Position numbers and translations under genes: made by a program
The notes under the pieces: generated by a model
What the model was told of the DNA's origin: nothing
Database searches by the model: none
What the model saw: only the letters and a program-made list of their open reading frames with translations
Assembly: GCA_040753015.1 (NCBI GenBank)
Contig: JBFMHM010000001.1
Coordinates: forward strand, 147,157 to 211,156
Length of the DNA stretch: 64,000 nt
Direction of reading: 5' to 3'
Source: Candidatus Omnitrophota bacterium
GTDB lineage: Bacteria > Omnitrophota > Gorgyraeia > Gygaellales > JBFMHM01
In this document: piece by piece, positions 38,580 to 52,967 of the stretch
Position numbering within the stretch: the stretch's first letter is position 1
Layout of the letters: each line of letters opens with the position of its first letter

Positions 38580-39410
38580 TCATTTTCTATGTTTTAATAT
38601 ATATTTATCCGAATATTTTTGCTTCTTGCGTGTTTTGTAACCTTTTGTCGGCATACCCCAACGGCTGACAGGGTGAGGATTTCCTTGTCCGCTCTTACCT
38701 TCGCCTCCACCGTGTGGATGGTCAACTGGATTTCTCACAACACCACGTGATCGTGGATGACGGCCTAACCAGTTTGACCGGCCAGCCTTACCTATCGACA
38801 TAGCTTTATTATCAGGATTGCTTACTTGCCCTAGAGTAGCAAAACAATCAATAGCAACTAAGCGCGTTTCACCTGAAGTAAGCTTAATATGCGCATAATC
38901 GCCTTCCTTTGCCATTAATTGCGCACTAGAACCAGCTGCCCTTATAATCTGCCCACCTTTACCCTTTGATAATTCAATATTATGTATGGATGTTCCTAAG
39001 GGAATATGTCTTAGAGGCATACAATTACCGATCTTTATATCTATTGGATTACGTGAACTTAATACCTCATCACCTAGCCTTATTCCAGATGGTGCAATAA
39101 TATAACGCCTTTCCTTATCTGGATATTCGATAAGAGCAATTCGGCTTGTTCTGTTTGGATCATATTCAATAGCAATAACTTTACCTAGAGCATCAAATTT
39201 ATCCCGCTTAAAATCAATAACGCGGTACATCCTTTTATGCCCGCCAGAATGCCTATATGCTGTAATCCTACCGTGGCAATTTCTGCCCCCACTTTTTTTC
39301 AAAGGTTTTAATAGTGATTTTTCCGGATATGATTTTGTTATTTCCTTAAAATCAGAAATAATCGTCCAGCGTAAACTCGGTGTTGTTGGTCTATAGTTTT
39401 TCAATCCCAT
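38580..39410 (-). CDS. rplB: 50S protein L2
   Basis: IEYDPNR; [12 protein letters not shown]. Confidence 0.98.
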   Translation of the reverse strand: MGLKNYRPTTPSLRWTIISDFKEITKSYPEKSLLKPLKKSGGRNCHGRITAYRHSGGHKRMYRVIDFKRDKFDALGKVIAIEYDPNRTSRIALIEYPDKERRYIIAPSGIRLGDEVLSSRNPIDIKIGNCMPLRHIPLGTSIHNIELSKGKGGQIIRAAGSSAQLMAKEGDYAHIKLTSGETRLVAIDCFATLGQVSNPDNKAMSIGKAGRSNWLGRHPRSRGVVRNPVDHPHGGGEGKSGQGNPHPVSRWGMPTKGYKTRKKQKYSDKYILKHRK

Positions 39411-39412
39411 GA

Positions 39413-39694
39413 TTAAGTAACCTCTATCTTAGAGCCTTCTTTTAAACTAACAAGCGCCTTTTTCCAATCTGAAGTATATCCTTCCTGGTAACGCACTCGT
39501 TTTAATTTTCCAGGCATATTAATTGTATTCACTGAATGAACTTTCACCTTATAGATTTCCTCTATTGCTTTCTTAATCTGCAATTTATTTGCATTATTAG
39601 CCACAAGGAACAAATATTTATTAAGCGGTTCTTGTAAACTACTTTTTTCGGTTCTTAATAAACTTTTTACTATATTGTAATTAGATACTTTCAT
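39413..39694 (-). CDS. rplW: 50S protein L23
   Basis: TEKS; [11 protein letters not shown]; WKKA. Confidence 0.96.
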   Translation of the reverse strand: MKVSNYNIVKSLLRTEKSSLQEPLNKYLFLVANNANKLQIKKAIEEIYKVKVHSVNTINMPGKLKRVRYQEGYTSDWKKALVSLKEGSKIEVT

Positions 39695-40319
39695 TTTTTA
39701 TAAATTTTAATAGCGCCTTTAACGCATCTTCAACGACAATTATTTTTTTATTTTCTAGAATAATCTGAGCGTTTAATTTATCTGGTTCGATTAATGTTAC
39801 ACCTTTTATATTTCTTATTACGCGCTCTAGATTATCGGTCTTTTTGTTAACAATAACTAATATAGAGCTACCGATTAATTTTAATTTTTTGAATAGATTA
39901 TGTGCTTCTTTTGTTTTAGCAGAATTAAATTCTATTTTCTCCAATAACATAACGTTGTTATCTTTTAATTTTGCATTAATACTAGAAATAAGAGCGGATT
40001 TTCTTATCCTCTTAGGTAGACCTTTAGAAAAATCTCTTGGGTGCGGCCCGAATACTACGCCTCCTTTACGCCAAAGAGGCGAACGAATTGACCCGTGGCG
40101 AGCCCTGCCTGTACCCTTTTGCGCCCAAGGCTTCTTTCCTCCACCAGAAACTTCACCTCTGGTTTTTGTAGCAGCGAGCCCCCTGCGGGCATTTGCTTGA
40201 TAAATATTCACGGCTTGATAAATAACCGCCGTGTTCACTGAGCCATCAAAAATATTTTTATCAAGCTCTACATGCTTCAATTCTTTACCTTCTTGATTAT
40301 ATAAATTTAACTTAAACAT
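39681..40319 (-). CDS. rplD: 50S protein L4
   Basis: TKTRGEVSGGGKKPWAQKGTGRARHGS. Confidence 0.98.
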   Translation of the reverse strand: MFKLNLYNQEGKELKHVELDKNIFDGSVNTAVIYQAVNIYQANARRGLAATKTRGEVSGGGKKPWAQKGTGRARHGSIRSPLWRKGGVVFGPHPRDFSKGLPKRIRKSALISSINAKLKDNNVMLLEKIEFNSAKTKEAHNLFKKLKLIGSSILVIVNKKTDNLERVIRNIKGVTLIEPDKLNAQIILENKKIIVVEDALKALLKFIKNESI

Positions 40320-40343
40320 AATTTATCAGTGTAGTCTGTTTAA

Positions 40344-40949
40344 TCATTTCTTCTTCGCTCTTTTTACAATAACATAATGATTTTTAGGCCCGGGGATTGC
40401 GCCTTTTACACAAATAATATTTTTTTCTGGCAACACTTTAATAATCTCTAAATTTTGGACTGTTATTTGTTTATTCCCCATATGGCCCGGCATATGATGC
40501 CCGCGGAATACGCGGCTTGGAGTTGCGCTTGAACCTACAGAACCAACGCGTCTTTTTGAAGTAGAACCATGTGTGCGAGGCCCACCTTTCCAATGCCAAC
40601 GCTTCATACCTCCCTGAAAACCTTTACCGATAGATCTCCCACTAACATCAACAAAATCACCTTGTTTAAAAAAATCTACGGTTAATTCTTGGCCTATTTT
40701 ATATTCTTGGCTATCTTTAATAAATTCTTTAATAATTTTCCTCGGCGGAGTGTTTAATTTTTTAAATATACCTAATTGTGGTTTTTTTACATTCTTTTCT
40801 TTAACAGAACCAAAACCGATTTTTACTTTTTTCTCTGATAATCCCAAAATAATACAAGGCCCGGCCTCAATAATACTAATTGGCATAATCTTGCCGTCTT
40901 CCTTGAAAATTTGCGACATCCCAATTTTTTTACCAATTAAACCCATCAT
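40344..40949 (-). CDS. rplC: 50S protein L3
   Basis: [10 protein letters not shown]; GKGFQG; MPGHMG. Confidence 0.98.
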   Translation of the reverse strand: MMGLIGKKIGMSQIFKEDGKIMPISIIEAGPCIILGLSEKKVKIGFGSVKEKNVKKPQLGIFKKLNTPPRKIIKEFIKDSQEYKIGQELTVDFFKQGDFVDVSGRSIGKGFQGGMKRWHWKGGPRTHGSTSKRRVGSVGSSATPSRVFRGHHMPGHMGNKQITVQNLEIIKVLPEKNIICVKGAIPGPKNHYVIVKRAKKK

Positions 40950-41245
40950 CTTATTTCTACGTCCACGCCACTAGCTAAATTCATTTTCTTTAAAGCATCG
41001 ATTGTTTTTGCAGTTGGATTAACTATCTCTATCAGGCGTTTATGAGTAGCTATACCAAATTGTTCCCTAGATTTTTTATCTATAATAGGAGACCGCAATA
41101 CCGTATAGATTTCTTTTTTTGTCGGTAAAGGAATGGGCCCAGAAATTAAAGACCCAGTCCTTTTAACCGTGTCTACTATCTCTTTAACTGCCTGATCTAA
41201 TAACCTATGATCGTATGCCTTTAATTTAATTCGTATTTTTTGCAT
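40946..41245 (-). CDS. rpsJ: 30S protein S10
   Basis: [10 protein letters not shown]; GPIPLPT; THKRLI. Confidence 0.98.
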   Translation of the reverse strand: MQKIRIKLKAYDHRLLDQAVKEIVDTVKRTGSLISGPIPLPTKKEIYTVLRSPIIDKKSREQFGIATHKRLIEIVNPTAKTIDALKKMNLASGVDVEIR

Positions 41246-41251
41246 GTGTTT

Positions 41252-42457
41252 TTATTTAATTATTTCACTAACAACACCCGCGCCAACCGTACGGCCACCT
41301 TCACGGATTGCAAAGCGTGACTCTTTCTCCATAGCGATAGGCACAATTAACTCAACTTCTAAATTAACATTATCACCAGGCATAACCATTTCAACGCCTT
41401 CTGGCAAAGTGACATCTCCCGTAACATCCGTAGTACGGAAATAGAATTGTGGCCTATATCCTTTAAAAAATGGAGTGTGTCTGCCACCTTCTTCTTTAGT
41501 TAAAACGTACACTTGAGCTTTAAATTTAGTATGAGGTGTTATAGATCCCGGTTTTGCTAAAACCATACCCCGCTCTAAATCATCCTTTTCGATACCACGA
41601 AGAAGCAAACCTACGTTATCACCGGCTTGGCCTTCATCGAGAAGTTTCCTGAACATTTCTATACCTGTAACAACTGTCTTGCGAGATTCTTTTAAACCAA
41701 TTACCTCAACTTCATCATTGACTTTAACAATTCCTCTTTCAATCCTACCTGTAGCAACTGTACCACGGCCAGAAATAGAAAACACGTCCTCAACAGCCAT
41801 AAGAAATGGCTTATCTAAATCGCGAGTAGGTTGTGGAATGAATTCATCGCAAGCCTTCATTAAATCCAAGATTGGTTTGCAATTAGGACAATCATCTTTT
41901 GCACAGGCACATTCTGTTGCCTTTAAACCAGATCCTCTAATAATCGGGGTCTTTGCACCTGGAAAATTGTATTTTGTAAGAAGCTCTCTTACTTCCATTT
42001 CAACAAGATCAATTAATTCTTTATCGCCTTCGGCAACCATATCAACCTTGTTTAAGAATACAACAATTGCCGGAACATTTACCTGGCGAGCCAAAAGAAT
42101 ATGCTCTCTTGTTTGAGGCATCGGACCATCAGGGGCAGAAACTACTAGAATCGCACCATCCATCTGAGCTGCACCAGTAATCATGTTTTTAATATAGTCG
42201 GCATGGCCCGGACAGTCTATATGAGCATAGTGACGGTTTGCTGTTTGATATTCAACATGTGAAATATTAATCGTTACACCACGCTCTTTTTCTTCTGGAG
42301 CATTATCAATAGTATCATAAGCGCGCGCTTCAGCTAATCCTTTCTTATGAAGAACCATAGTAATTGCTGAAGTTAAAGTAGTCTTACCATGATCAACATG
42401 GCCAATTGTCCCAATATTCAAATGTGGTTTACTCCTAACAAACTTTTCTTTACTCAT
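41252..42457 (-). CDS. tuf: Elongation factor Tu
   Basis: GHVDHGKTT; DCPGHADY; [10 protein letters not shown]. Confidence 0.99.
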   Translation of the reverse strand: MSKEKFVRSKPHLNIGTIGHVDHGKTTLTSAITMVLHKKGLAEARAYDTIDNAPEEKERGVTINISHVEYQTANRHYAHIDCPGHADYIKNMITGAAQMDGAILVVSAPDGPMPQTREHILLARQVNVPAIVVFLNKVDMVAEGDKELIDLVEMEVRELLTKYNFPGAKTPIIRGSGLKATECACAKDDCPNCKPILDLMKACDEFIPQPTRDLDKPFLMAVEDVFSISGRGTVATGRIERGIVKVNDEVEVIGLKESRKTVVTGIEMFRKLLDEGQAGDNVGLLLRGIEKDDLERGMVLAKPGSITPHTKFKAQVYVLTKEEGGRHTPFFKGYRPQFYFRTTDVTGDVTLPEGVEMVMPGDNVNLEVELIVPIAMEKESRFAIREGGRTVGAGVVSEIIK

Positions 42458-42480
42458 TTAACACCTCCAAATTATAATCT

Positions 42481-44553
42481 CTATTTTCTTGTACCTATTA
42501 ACGTTTGTGCTATATGTGAAGGCACCTCAGCATAATACGAGGGCTCCATTGTATAAGTAGCGCGGCCTGCTGTCAATGATCTTACTGCGGTTGCATAATT
42601 AAAAACCTCTGCTAAAGGAGTATTTGCTTTAATAATCCTTAAACTACCGCGTTCAGAAATTGTATTAATTTTAGCACGCCTTGAATTTAAATCTCCAATA
42701 ACTGCACCCATATGATCTGCGGGCGTGATAACTTCCATATCCATAATTGGTTCGAGTAAAATTGGCTTAGCAATTCTTAAAGCCTCTGAAAAAGCGATAG
42801 AAGCTGCCATTTGAAATGCAATCTCTGAAGAATCTACTTCATGATACGAACCATCGACTAAAGTCACAATCACATCCACAACCGGATAACCCGCGAGCAC
42901 CCCGCTTTTTGAAGATTCATTGACACCTTTTTTAACCGCGGGAATAAATTCGCGAGGTATTGCACCACCTCTAATTTTATCTACAAATTCTATCCCCTTA
43001 CCCGGCGTATCCTGTGGTTCCATCTCAATTACAACATGACCGTATTGGCCGCGGCCGCCAGATTGTTGAACAAATTTACCAGTTTGAGTAACCTTCTTAG
43101 TGATAGTTTCTTTATAAGCAACGTTAGGCTGGCCTACACGAGTAGCAACATTAAACTCTCTTAATAATCTATCAACCATAATTTCAAGATGCAGCTGGCC
43201 CATACCTGAAATAATAGTCTGCCCCGTTTCCTGATTATATTTGACTCTAAAACTTGGATCTTCATCTAATAATTTACGAAGGGCAATACCAAGTTTATCC
43301 TGATCAATCTTCTTGTCCGGCTCAATCGACTGAGATATAACCGGTTCAGGAAATTTCATCGACTCTAGAAGAATCGTGGAGTTTTCGTTACATAATGTAT
43401 CACCTGTAATCGTATCCTTTAAACCAACCAACGCCACAATCTGTCCTGCTTCAGCTTCATTCAATATTTCTTGTTTATTAGCATGCATTTGAACAATTTT
43501 TGCAACACGCTCTTTAGTTCTTTTTGTTGCGTTATAAATATAAGTCCCGCTTGAAATAACACCAGAATAAATACGAGTATAATTAAGCCTTCCTACAAAA
43601 GGATCAACTGCTACCTTAAAACATAAAGCACAAAGTGGGGCTTCGCGGGAAGGAATCCTCTCCTGAAATTCACCAGTATCTGGATCCTGTCCTTTTACTG
43701 GAGGCATATCCAATGGCGAAGGTAAATATTCTGTAACACCATCGAGTAAAAGCTGCACCCCTTTATTTTTAAATGCGCTTCCGCAAAATACTGGCACAAG
43801 CTGGCTTTTAATAACAACTCTGCGAATCGCTTTTTTAATTTCATCATTTTTTATCTCTTGGTTATTAAGAAATTTATCCATTAATATATCATCAACTTCT
43901 GCTAATTTTTCGATTAAATGAGCCCATCCTTTAGCTGCTTTTTCCTGATACTCATCAGGTATACCAACAGCCTCCATTTCTTTACCTAACTCATCTTTAA
44001 AAATAAAAGACTTCATTTCAATTAAATCAACAACACCAATGAATTTATCGCCTACACCATAAGGAAGCTGAACTGGTACGCATGGCACATGAAATCTTTC
44101 ATTCATTTGCCCTATAGTCATATCAAAATCCGCCTCTGGCCTGTCCATTTTATTTATAAAAGCGATCCTTGGAACATTATATCTATCAGCCTGGCGCCAA
44201 ACAGTTTCAGATTGAGGTTCAACCCCATTAACACCGCAAAATACGACTACCGCGCCATCTAATACCTTCAAAGATCTTTCTACTTCAATTGTAAAATCAA
44301 CGTGCCCTGGTGTATCAATTATATTAATCTCGCAATCGCGCCAATGGCATTTTGTAGACGCGCTTGTTATGGTGATACCGCGCTCTTTTTCCTGCTCCAT
44401 CCAATCCATAGTGGCTGCGCCATCATGAACATTGCCTATCTTATATATTCTGCCGGTATAAAAAAGCACACGTTCGGTTGTTGTTGTCTTACCAGCATCA
44501 ATATGCGCTATAATTCCAATATTTCTTACTTTTGATAAATCTGTCTTAGCCAT
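42481..44553 (-). CDS. fusA: Elongation factor G
   Basis: [13 protein letters not shown]; DTPGHVDF; GGRGQYGHV. Confidence 0.99.
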   Translation of the reverse strand: MAKTDLSKVRNIGIIAHIDAGKTTTTERVLFYTGRIYKIGNVHDGAATMDWMEQEKERGITITSASTKCHWRDCEINIIDTPGHVDFTIEVERSLKVLDGAVVVFCGVNGVEPQSETVWRQADRYNVPRIAFINKMDRPEADFDMTIGQMNERFHVPCVPVQLPYGVGDKFIGVVDLIEMKSFIFKDELGKEMEAVGIPDEYQEKAAKGWAHLIEKLAEVDDILMDKFLNNQEIKNDEIKKAIRRVVIKSQLVPVFCGSAFKNKGVQLLLDGVTEYLPSPLDMPPVKGQDPDTGEFQERIPSREAPLCALCFKVAVDPFVGRLNYTRIYSGVISSGTYIYNATKRTKERVAKIVQMHANKQEILNEAEAGQIVALVGLKDTITGDTLCNENSTILLESMKFPEPVISQSIEPDKKIDQDKLGIALRKLLDEDPSFRVKYNQETGQTIISGMGQLHLEIMVDRLLREFNVATRVGQPNVAYKETITKKVTQTGKFVQQSGGRGQYGHVVIEMEPQDTPGKGIEFVDKIRGGAIPREFIPAVKKGVNESSKSGVLAGYPVVDVIVTLVDGSYHEVDSSEIAFQMAASIAFSEALRIAKPILLEPIMDMEVITPADHMGAVIGDLNSRRAKINTISERGSLRIIKANTPLAEVFNYATAVRSLTAGRATYTMEPSYYAEVPSHIAQTLIGTRK

Positions 44554-44558
44554 TTAAT

Positions 44559-45029
44559 TTACCACCTAAAGTGAGCAAAAGCCTTATTAGACTCTGCCAT
44601 CTTATGGGTATCATCTCGTTTTTTAATTGCTGACCCTTCTCCTTTATAAGCAGAAATGATCTCGTCAGCCAGCTTTTCCTCCATTGGCTTACCCTTTTTA
44701 ATACGGGCAAAATCTCTAATCCATCTAAGCGCAAGACTAATGCCCCTTAATTCTTTTACCTCAATAGGTACCTGATAAGTCGCTCCTCCTACCCGCCTTG
44801 GTTTTACTTCAAGCCTAGGCCTTGCGTTATCAAGCGCTTTATTTAATATTTTTATAGCATCGTTTTCCCCGAGTTTCTCACTAGTAATATCTAAAGCGCC
44901 ATAAACAATATTTTCTGCTAAAGATTTTTTACCATCAGTCATAACCATATTAATAAATCTAGCAATAATTTTATTTTTATATTTTGGATCTGGTATTATT
45001 TCTTTATCAAATACTCTTTTTCTTCTCAT
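44559..45029 (-). CDS. rpsG: 30S protein S7
   Basis: RRVGGATYQVP; HKMAESNKAFAH. Confidence 0.98.
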   Translation of the reverse strand: MRRKRVFDKEIIPDPKYKNKIIARFINMVMTDGKKSLAENIVYGALDITSEKLGENDAIKILNKALDNARPRLEVKPRRVGGATYQVPIEVKELRGISLALRWIRDFARIKKGKPMEEKLADEIISAYKGEGSAIKKRDDTHKMAESNKAFAHFRW

Positions 45030-45032
45030 AGT

Positions 45033-45404
45033 TTATTTTGGTTTTTTTGCTCCATATTTAGAACGCGATCTTTTTCTATTTGCTACTCCCGCAGTATCAA
45101 GAGTGCCTCTAACAATGTGATATCTAACGCCCGGTAAATCTTTTACTCTTCCACCACGAACAAGAACAATTGAATGCTCTTGCAAATTATGGCCTTCTCC
45201 AGGAATATAACCTGTAACTTCGATACCAGTTGTTAAACGAACTCTTGCAATTTTACGGAGTGCTGAATTTGGTTTTTTAGGTGTCATAGTCCTAACTTGC
45301 AGGCAAACGCCGCGCCTTTGAGGACAATTCATCAACGCTGGTGATTTTGACTTCTTGGCTTTTGACCTTCTAGAATTCCTGATTAACTGTGAAATTGTTG
45401 GCAT
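45033..45404 (-). CDS. rpsL: 30S protein S12
   Basis: [11 protein letters not shown]; [12 protein letters not shown]. Confidence 0.99.
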   Translation of the reverse strand: MPTISQLIRNSRRSKAKKSKSPALMNCPQRRGVCLQVRTMTPKKPNSALRKIARVRLTTGIEVTGYIPGEGHNLQEHSIVLVRGGRVKDLPGVRYHIVRGTLDTAGVANRKRSRSKYGAKKPK

Positions 45405-45406
45405 TT

Positions 45407-48400
45407 TTACCCCGCGCTCGCTTTTTCTTCTTGTTTTTCTTCTGATCCCATAATAGTATCGAGAATCCCATGTTTAACCAATTCAATATCTCTATGCTGC
45501 TTTAGGCCGGTTCCTGCTGGAATTAAATGGCCAACAATAACATTTTCTTTCAAACCAAATAATTCATCTTTCTTGCCTGAGGCCGCGGCCTCAGTTAAAA
45601 CCCTAGTTGTTTCTTGAAAACTCGCAGCTGAAATAAAACTTTCTGTGCTAAGAGATGCTTTTGTTATACCTAAAAGCATCGGCGTTGCAGAAGCAGGCTT
45701 GCCTTTTTTCTTTAAAACCTTTTCATTTTCTTTTTGAAAAACCCACCTATCGACTTGTTGTGCTGGTAAAAACTGAGCATCTCCAGGATCTTCAATTCTT
45801 ACTTTCTTAAGCATTTGCCTAATAATAAGCTCTATATGTTTGTCATTTATACGTACGCCCTGCAAGCGGTATACTTCCTGAACTTCATTCACAAGGTATT
45901 CTTGGAGAACTTTATCACCGCAAACACGCAGTATATCTTGAAGAACAATCGGGCCATCAGTTAACTGTTGGCCTGCTGTTACTCTATCGCCCTTATAAAC
46001 ATTAGGATGCTTTCCATGCGGAATCGTATATTCTCTCTTCATTCCTGTAGGCGAGCGTACAATTATAACACGTTGTCCTTTTTTTGTCTCGCCAAATTCT
46101 ACATATCCATCTATTTCAGAAATAACTGCCGGATCTTTTGGACGACGAGCCTCGAAAAGCTCTGCAACACGAGGCAAACCACCGGTAATATCCCTTGTTT
46201 TTCCTACAAGCCGCGGAATCTTCGCAAGCAAATCTCCAGCATCAAGCTCTTGGCCATCTTTAACCATAATATGCGCACCAATAGGAATGGGGTATATTCC
46301 TAATACCTCTTTTTCTTTATTCATAACAATAATCTGAGGATGATAATCCTGCTTATATTCCACAACAACTCTCTCTGAAATATTTGTAACAGGATTTAAT
46401 TCTTCCTTTACCGTAACATCTTCAATTAAGTCTTCATATCTTACTATACCTTTTACTTCTGTCAAGATAGGAAGTGTATAAGGATCCCAATGAACAAAAT
46501 TTTCACCTTTAGCAATAACTGTACCTTCGGCGGCCGCAATAAATGCGCCTTGGGGAATCGTATACCTTTCAAGCTCACGCCCATCTTCGTCATTAATACT
46601 GATTGCGCCGTTACGATTCAAAACAATAAATTCTTTAGCTTTAGCAACTGTGCGTAAGCTATGATATTTAATAATACCTTTATTTTTACTTTTCAGCGAA
46701 GATTGCTCAATAATACGAGAAGCCGTGCCGCCGATATGGAAAGTTCTCATTGTTAACTGCGTTCCAGGTTCGCCTATACTTTGTGCGGCAATAATACCCA
46801 CTGCTTCGCCAATTTCTACCATACGCCCTGACCCAAGATTTCTGCCATAACACTTACAACAAACACCGCGCTCTATCTCACAGGTTAGAACACTTCTAAT
46901 ACGAATTCTTTCCATGCCTAATTTTTCAATTCTATCAGATGCTTCTTCAGATATCTGAACACCCGCTTCAACAATCACTTCATCAGTAATAATATCAACT
47001 ATGTTATCAAGAGCAACCCTGCCAATAATGCGCTCTTTCAAACTTACAACAACTTCATCGCCTTCAATAATTGCAGAAACAGTAATTCCGTTTAATGTAC
47101 CACAATCTTCTTCGGTCACAATTATTTCTTGTGCTACATCAACTAAGCGGCGCGTTAAATAACCTGCATCAGCAGTTTTAAGTGCTGTATCGGCAAGCCC
47201 TTTTCTTGCACCATGCGTTGAAATAAAATACTCAAGCATTGTCAAACCTTCTCTAAAATTTGCGGTTATCGGAGTTTCCATAATCTCTCCTGATGGTTTA
47301 GCCATAAGCCCTCTCATGCCCGATAATTGCCTAACCTGCATACGTGAACCACGAGCACCCGAATCAACCATCAGAAATAACGGATTAAACACATTCATCT
47401 CTTTAAATAAAAGATCTGATATCTTATCCGTTGTATGCGTCCATACATCAATGATCTTATTATATCTTTCCCGCTCTGTAATTATACCTTTGCGATAACG
47501 ATCCTCTACCCTGCCGACTTCTTGTTTTGCTTCTTTTAAAACAGATTCTTTTTCCTTTGGAATTTCTAAATCGGCAATTGAGATAGAAATACCCGCTAAA
47601 GTTGCATATTCAAAACCCAACTTCTTCATCTCGTCTAAAAGCTCTACAGTTTTTTGATGTCCAAAACGCTTATAACTTGCAGTTACAATATTGCCAATTT
47701 TAGATTTTGATAGTTCGCAATTTACAAAACCAAAATCTTTATTCAATAATTGATTAAAGATAACCCTTCCGCACGTCGTAGTAACTAATTCTTTATTCTC
47801 AACGGCCTGTAGAGTTTCAAAATCAAATAATAAATTAACCCTCAACTTAATCTTTGCCTGAAGATCTAATTCCTTATCATCATAAGCAATTATAACTTCC
47901 TCTAAATTCGAAAAGATCTTATTTTCTCCCTTAACACCTTTTTTCTCTTTAGTAAGATAACAACATCCAAGAATTATATCTTGGGTTGGAGATATAATCG
48001 GCCGTCCATCTGCGGGAGAAAACACATTATTTGAAGCATACATTAATATCTTTGCCTCTGATTGGGCTTCTAAAGATAGAGGAACATGCACAGCCATTTG
48101 ATCGCCATCAAAATCTGCGTTAAATGCTGTACAAACTAATGGATGTATTTTAATAGAATTGCCTTCAATTAAAATTGGCTGAAATGCTTGGATGCTTAAA
48201 CGATGTAGAGTGGGTGCGCGGTTTAAAAGTACCGGATGATCTTTAACTACCTCATCTAAAATGTCCCATACTTCTATCTTTGCGCGTTCAACCATGCGAC
48301 GAGCACCTCTAATTGTATGTACAAAACCTTTTTCGCGAAGTTTTCTAATTATAAATGGCTCGAATAACTCTAGTGCCATTTTCTTCGGAAGGCCGCACTG

Positions 48401-49498
48401 ATAAAGTTTTAAATCAGGACCAACAACAATTACCGATCTTCCAGAATAATCAACGCGCTTACCGAGTAAATTTTGACGGAATCTGCCTTGCTTACCTTTA
48501 AGCATATCGGAAAGCGATTTTAACGGCCTAGAATTAGCGCCAAGCACAGGCCTTCCATGCCTGCCGTTATCTAAAAGCGCATCAACCGCTTCCTGAAGCA
48601 TCCTTTTCTCATTACGAATAATTATTTCTGGTGCATTTAATTCTATTAATTTTTTAAGCCTATTATTCCTATTAATTACCCTGCGGTATAAATCATTTAA
48701 ATCAGAAGTTGCAAATCTACCACCGTCGAGTGGAACAAGTGGCCTTAAATCTGGAGGAATCACAGGGATAACCTCTAAAATCATCCATTCAGCTTTATTA
48801 CCAGAATTCTTGAAATCTTCGATTAGTTTTAATATTTTTACATTTTTACGGGCATTTGCAGAATCTTTGCTTTTATCTAGATCTGCTCTTAATTTTTTAC
48901 AAAGAGCATCTAGATCACTTTCTTTTAATAGGTCTAACACGGCTTCGGCACCTATTTTAGCTTTAAAATTCTGGCCATATTTAGCAGCGAGCTCTTGATA
49001 CTTATCTTCATTTATAAGCGATCTTTTCTTTAAAGGGGTAGTGCCGGGGTCAATTATAACAAATTCTTCATAGTAAATTACTTTTTCTAAATCCCTTAAG
49101 GTCATATCTAAAATTGCGGCAAGACGTGATGGAACAGCCCTAAAAAACCATATATGAGTTACAGGACAAGCTAAATCAATATGCCCCATTCGCTCACGTC
49201 TTAAAACTGATTTTTCAATTATAACACCACAACGATCGCAGATTACACCTTTAAACTTAATACCTTTGTATTTACCACAATTACATTCATAATCACGCAC
49301 AGGGCCAAAAATCTTTTCACAAAAAAGCCCATCTTTTTCTGGCTTAAGCGTACGATAGTTTACGGTTTCTGCTTTTCTAACCTCTCCCTTTGACCAAGAA
49401 CGAATAACTGCAGGTGAAGCTAATTTTATAGAAATACTATCAAACTGCTGCGGCTCTTGTGGTTTGTTATCTTTTTCTCTTAATTTATTCTTTGACAT
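45407..49498 (-). CDS. rpoC: RNA polymerase beta'
   Basis: NADFDGDQM; RFATSDLN; SAASFQET. Confidence 0.99.
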   Translation of the reverse strand: MSKNKLREKDNKPQEPQQFDSISIKLASPAVIRSWSKGEVRKAETVNYRTLKPEKDGLFCEKIFGPVRDYECNCGKYKGIKFKGVICDRCGVIIEKSVLRRERMGHIDLACPVTHIWFFRAVPSRLAAILDMTLRDLEKVIYYEEFVIIDPGTTPLKKRSLINEDKYQELAAKYGQNFKAKIGAEAVLDLLKESDLDALCKKLRADLDKSKDSANARKNVKILKLIEDFKNSGNKAEWMILEVIPVIPPDLRPLVPLDGGRFATSDLNDLYRRVINRNNRLKKLIELNAPEIIIRNEKRMLQEAVDALLDNGRHGRPVLGANSRPLKSLSDMLKGKQGRFRQNLLGKRVDYSGRSVIVVGPDLKLYQCGLPKKMALELFEPFIIRKLREKGFVHTIRGARRMVERAKIEVWDILDEVVKDHPVLLNRAPTLHRLSIQAFQPILIEGNSIKIHPLVCTAFNADFDGDQMAVHVPLSLEAQSEAKILMYASNNVFSPADGRPIISPTQDIILGCCYLTKEKKGVKGENKIFSNLEEVIIAYDDKELDLQAKIKLRVNLLFDFETLQAVENKELVTTTCGRVIFNQLLNKDFGFVNCELSKSKIGNIVTASYKRFGHQKTVELLDEMKKLGFEYATLAGISISIADLEIPKEKESVLKEAKQEVGRVEDRYRKGIITERERYNKIIDVWTHTTDKISDLLFKEMNVFNPLFLMVDSGARGSRMQVRQLSGMRGLMAKPSGEIMETPITANFREGLTMLEYFISTHGARKGLADTALKTADAGYLTRRLVDVAQEIIVTEEDCGTLNGITVSAIIEGDEVVVSLKERIIGRVALDNIVDIITDEVIVEAGVQISEEASDRIEKLGMERIRIRSVLTCEIERGVCCKCYGRNLGSGRMVEIGEAVGIIAAQSIGEPGTQLTMRTFHIGGTASRIIEQSSLKSKNKGIIKYHSLRTVAKAKEFIVLNRNGAISINDEDGRELERYTIPQGAFIAAAEGTVIAKGENFVHWDPYTLPILTEVKGIVRYEDLIEDVTVKEELNPVTNISERVVVEYKQDYHPQIIVMNKEKEVLGIYPIPIGAHIMVKDGQELDAGDLLAKIPRLVGKTRDITGGLPRVAELFEARRPKDPAVISEIDGYVEFGETKKGQRVIIVRSPTGMKREYTIPHGKHPNVYKGDRVTAGQQLTDGPIVLQDILRVCGDKVLQEYLVNEVQEVYRLQGVRINDKHIELIIRQMLKKVRIEDPGDAQFLPAQQVDRWVFQKENEKVLKKKGKPASATPMLLGITKASLSTESFISAASFQETTRVLTEAAASGKKDELFGLKENVIVGHLIPAGTGLKQHRDIELVKHGILDTIMGSEEKQEEKASAG

Positions 49499-52400
49499 AT
49501 TCTTTTTCCGTTTTTATGTCTAGGCACAAGCCCTGTAATTCTCTTAATAAAACATTAAATGATTCTGGCGTGCCAGAATAGAGTCTCTGTTCACCTTTTA
49601 CAATTGCTTCATAGATCCTCGTACGCCCTGCAACATCGTCACTTTTTACAGTCAACATCTCCTGTAAAGTTGCGGCTGCACCGTAAGCCTCAAGCGCCCA
49701 AACCTCCATTTCACCAAAACGTTGGCCGCCAAATTGCGCCTTACCGCCCAGCGGTTGTTGAGTAACTAAAGAATAAGGTCCTATGGAGCGAGCATGAATT
49801 TTTTCGTCAACCATATGAATCAATTTCATCATATAAATATAACCAACAGTAACTTTTTGATCAAATTGCTCTCCGGTATAGCCATCATAAAGATACACTT
49901 TGCCTGTTTCAGGAAGATTTGCATCTTTTAACATCTGTCTTATCTCTTCTTCACTGGCGCCATCAAAAATTGGCGTTGCAATTTTTAAACCCAGTATTTT
50001 TGCCGCCCAGCCAAGATGTGTTTCTAGGATTTGCCCAACATTCATACGTGAAGGAACGCCAAGCGGATTTAACACCACCTCTACTGGTGTCCCGTCTTCC
50101 AAGTATGGCATATCTGCTTCTGGTAAAATTCTTGCAACCACGCCTTTATTTCCATGCCGGCCAGCTAATTTATCGCCTTCAGCAAGTTTTCTTTTTGTCG
50201 CCACATAGACAACTACCCTCTTTAATACCCCTGGAGGTAAATCATCGCCACGCCTTATATTTTCAATTTCCTGATCTTGCTCTAACTCTAAATCTTTTAT
50301 CTGCTGTTCATATGAAAAAGATGCGATTTTGGCTTCTTCATTATCGTCGAAATTAATCTTATCAACTTTAGCTTTATCAACACCAAGTATCTGTGCAAGC
50401 TTTTTAATTCTTTCTTCATTTACATAATCAATTTCTTGTGCATAATATTTCTTAATCTCTCTGATTTTTGCAAGCTCTTTAGATTTATCTTCTTTAGATT
50501 TTCTACCTTTATCTTTTCGTTGAAAAATATTTACATCAATAACTACACCGTCCACACCTGGAGGCACAACTAAAGATGTATCTCTTACATCTTGAGCCTT
50601 TTCACCGAATATGGCACGAAGCAGCCTTTCTTCAGGAGAAAGCTCTGTTTCGGTTTTTGGCGTTACTTTACCAACCAAAATATCCCCGGGATGAACCTCT
50701 GCTCCAACCCTTACAATTCCGATTTCATCTAAATCTCGTAAGGCCTCCTCGCCAACATTAGGAATATCGCGCGTAATTTCTTCATTACCAAGCCTTGTTT
50801 CCGTAGCTTCAATCTCAAATTCCTCTATATGTATAGATGTAAAGCGATCCTCCCTAGCAACTTTCTCGTTAATCAATATTGCATCTTCAAAGTTACATCC
50901 GCGCCATGGCATAAAAGCAACTAAAAGATCTTTACCTAAAGCCAACTCTCCATCCTTAGTTCCTATACCATCAGCAATAACTTGGCCCTCTTCAATATGC
51001 TGCCCAAGTTTTACAACAGGGCGCTGGTTAATACAAGTATCAGCATTTGTACGTTTGAATTTCATTAATTCATAAGTTTTTGTGCCTATCATAATCGCCC
51101 TAGAATCAACTTCTTTAACTATGCCCGAAATATCGGCTTTTATTACTGCACCAGAATCACAAGCTACTTTTGCCTCCATATTCGTACCAACTAATGGAGA
51201 TTCTGTTATCATTAAAGGCACTGCCTGCCTCTGCATATTCGAACCCATAAGCGCACGGTTTGCATCATCATGCTCTAAAAATGGAATCAAAGAAGCTGCG
51301 ACAGATACAAGTTGCTTTGGAGAGATATCCATATATTCAACTTTTTTTGCATCAATCTTTGGAAAATCTCCTTTATAACGACAGAGAATATCTTTTTCTA
51401 TAAAATAACCTTCGTCGTCAAGTTTTACATTTGCCTGTGCAATAACTTTATTTTCTTCAATATCTGCGGTTAAATATTCGATTTTACGCGTTACTTTACC
51501 ATCTTCTACTTTTCTATAAGGTGTTTCTAAAAAACCTAATGGATTTATTCTAACATATGTTGCCAAAGAAGATATAAGCCCGATATTAGGCCCTTCCGGT
51601 GTTTCAATAGGACAAATCCTCCCATAATGGCTAGAATGTATATCTCTTACTTCAAAACCAGCCCGTTCTCTAGACAGCCCGCCAGGACCTAATGCGCTAA
51701 CCCTTCTTTTATGGGTTGTCTCGGCTAATGGATTAACCTGATCCATAAATTGGCTTAACTGGCTTCTTGCAAAAAAATCTTTAATTTGGCTTGAAAGTAA
51801 TTTTGAATTTATCAGATGATGAATACTTATATCTTTTATTTCTGCAACTAAAGACAGTCTTTCTCTTATTGATCTTTCTAAACGCGTAAGGCCGATTCTT
51901 ACTTGATTCTGCACAAGTTCCCCAACACTTTTAATACGACGGCTGCCAAGATGATCGATATCATCAATATCACCTTCCCCGCGCCTTAATTTTATTAAAT
52001 ATTCTAATGTTTTAATTACAGTATTAATTTCTAATATTCTGTAGTCAATATCTAAATTCATACCTAATTTTCTATTAATAATAAATCTGCCTGCTCTTGA
52101 TAAATCATATCTACGCGGATCAAAAAATAATCTATAAAATAAAGCCTCTGATGCCTCTTGGGTCACAGGTTCAGTAGGGCGCATTTTACGATAAAAATCA
52201 GTTAATGCCTGTTCTTTTGACTTAGTCAAATCTTTCTTTAATGTATTTTGTATTTCGGGGTACTCTTCGGTAAATGCTTTTATAATTTCTTCATCGGTTG
52301 AATAACCAAGTATTCTTAAAATTTGCGTTGCAGGAAAGGAGCGGCGCCTGTCAATATAAGCAACTATAGATTCGCTGATATCATATTTAAATTCAAGCCA

Positions 52401-52898
52401 TGCACCACGCGAAGGAATTATTCTTCCATAAAATATTTTTTTACCTGTCGGATGCCTTTCTTCTTCGAAACAAATACCAGGAGCTCTCTGGATTTGGCTA
52501 ACAACAACCCTTTCATCTCCATTGATTATAAAAGTAGCATTATCTGTCATTAAAGGTATTTCTCCAAAATAAACTTCCTGCTCTTTTATTTCTTCGGGAC
52601 TAATAAGCCTAAGCCTCACCTTCAAGCTTGAACTATAAGTAAGACTACGCCTGCGGCATTCTCCTACTGTATACTTTGGCTTACCTAAAGAATAATCAAT
52701 AAATTCAAGGCGCAATTTTGGATCCTGAATCTCAATAGGAAATATCTCTAAAAATACTTCCTGAAGCCCATCTGTTAACCTATCTTTGGCAGGTATATTT
52801 GCCTGTAAGAAATCTTTATAAGAAACAGTCTGCACTTCCAGTAGATTATTTACTGCGAAAACTTCTTTAAGTTTTGCAAAATTCTTTCTTTTTGTCAT
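49485..52898 (-). CDS. rpoB: RNA polymerase beta
   Basis: [10 protein letters not shown]; [12 protein letters not shown]; GGQRFGEME. Confidence 0.99.
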   Translation of the reverse strand: MTKRKNFAKLKEVFAVNNLLEVQTVSYKDFLQANIPAKDRLTDGLQEVFLEIFPIEIQDPKLRLEFIDYSLGKPKYTVGECRRRSLTYSSSLKVRLRLISPEEIKEQEVYFGEIPLMTDNATFIINGDERVVVSQIQRAPGICFEEERHPTGKKIFYGRIIPSRGAWLEFKYDISESIVAYIDRRRSFPATQILRILGYSTDEEIIKAFTEEYPEIQNTLKKDLTKSKEQALTDFYRKMRPTEPVTQEASEALFYRLFFDPRRYDLSRAGRFIINRKLGMNLDIDYRILEINTVIKTLEYLIKLRRGEGDIDDIDHLGSRRIKSVGELVQNQVRIGLTRLERSIRERLSLVAEIKDISIHHLINSKLLSSQIKDFFARSQLSQFMDQVNPLAETTHKRRVSALGPGGLSRERAGFEVRDIHSSHYGRICPIETPEGPNIGLISSLATYVRINPLGFLETPYRKVEDGKVTRKIEYLTADIEENKVIAQANVKLDDEGYFIEKDILCRYKGDFPKIDAKKVEYMDISPKQLVSVAASLIPFLEHDDANRALMGSNMQRQAVPLMITESPLVGTNMEAKVACDSGAVIKADISGIVKEVDSRAIMIGTKTYELMKFKRTNADTCINQRPVVKLGQHIEEGQVIADGIGTKDGELALGKDLLVAFMPWRGCNFEDAILINEKVAREDRFTSIHIEEFEIEATETRLGNEEITRDIPNVGEEALRDLDEIGIVRVGAEVHPGDILVGKVTPKTETELSPEERLLRAIFGEKAQDVRDTSLVVPPGVDGVVIDVNIFQRKDKGRKSKEDKSKELAKIREIKKYYAQEIDYVNEERIKKLAQILGVDKAKVDKINFDDNEEAKIASFSYEQQIKDLELEQDQEIENIRRGDDLPPGVLKRVVVYVATKRKLAEGDKLAGRHGNKGVVARILPEADMPYLEDGTPVEVVLNPLGVPSRMNVGQILETHLGWAAKILGLKIATPIFDGASEEEIRQMLKDANLPETGKVYLYDGYTGEQFDQKVTVGYIYMMKLIHMVDEKIHARSIGPYSLVTQQPLGGKAQFGGQRFGEMEVWALEAYGAAATLQEMLTVKSDDVAGRTRIYEAIVKGEQRLYSGTPESFNVLLRELQGLCLDIKTEKEYVKE

Positions 52899-52967
52899 TT
52901 TATTTTATCCCCCGCATACTTACATATACGGTATCCATATCCCTCACACATAAATGTGGAGTTATTA

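Noticed and set aside
49485-52898. Short RpoB (1137 aa) as split or broken
   Set aside because: The catalytic motifs I checked are present in one frame; the length fits absence of lineage-specific inserts
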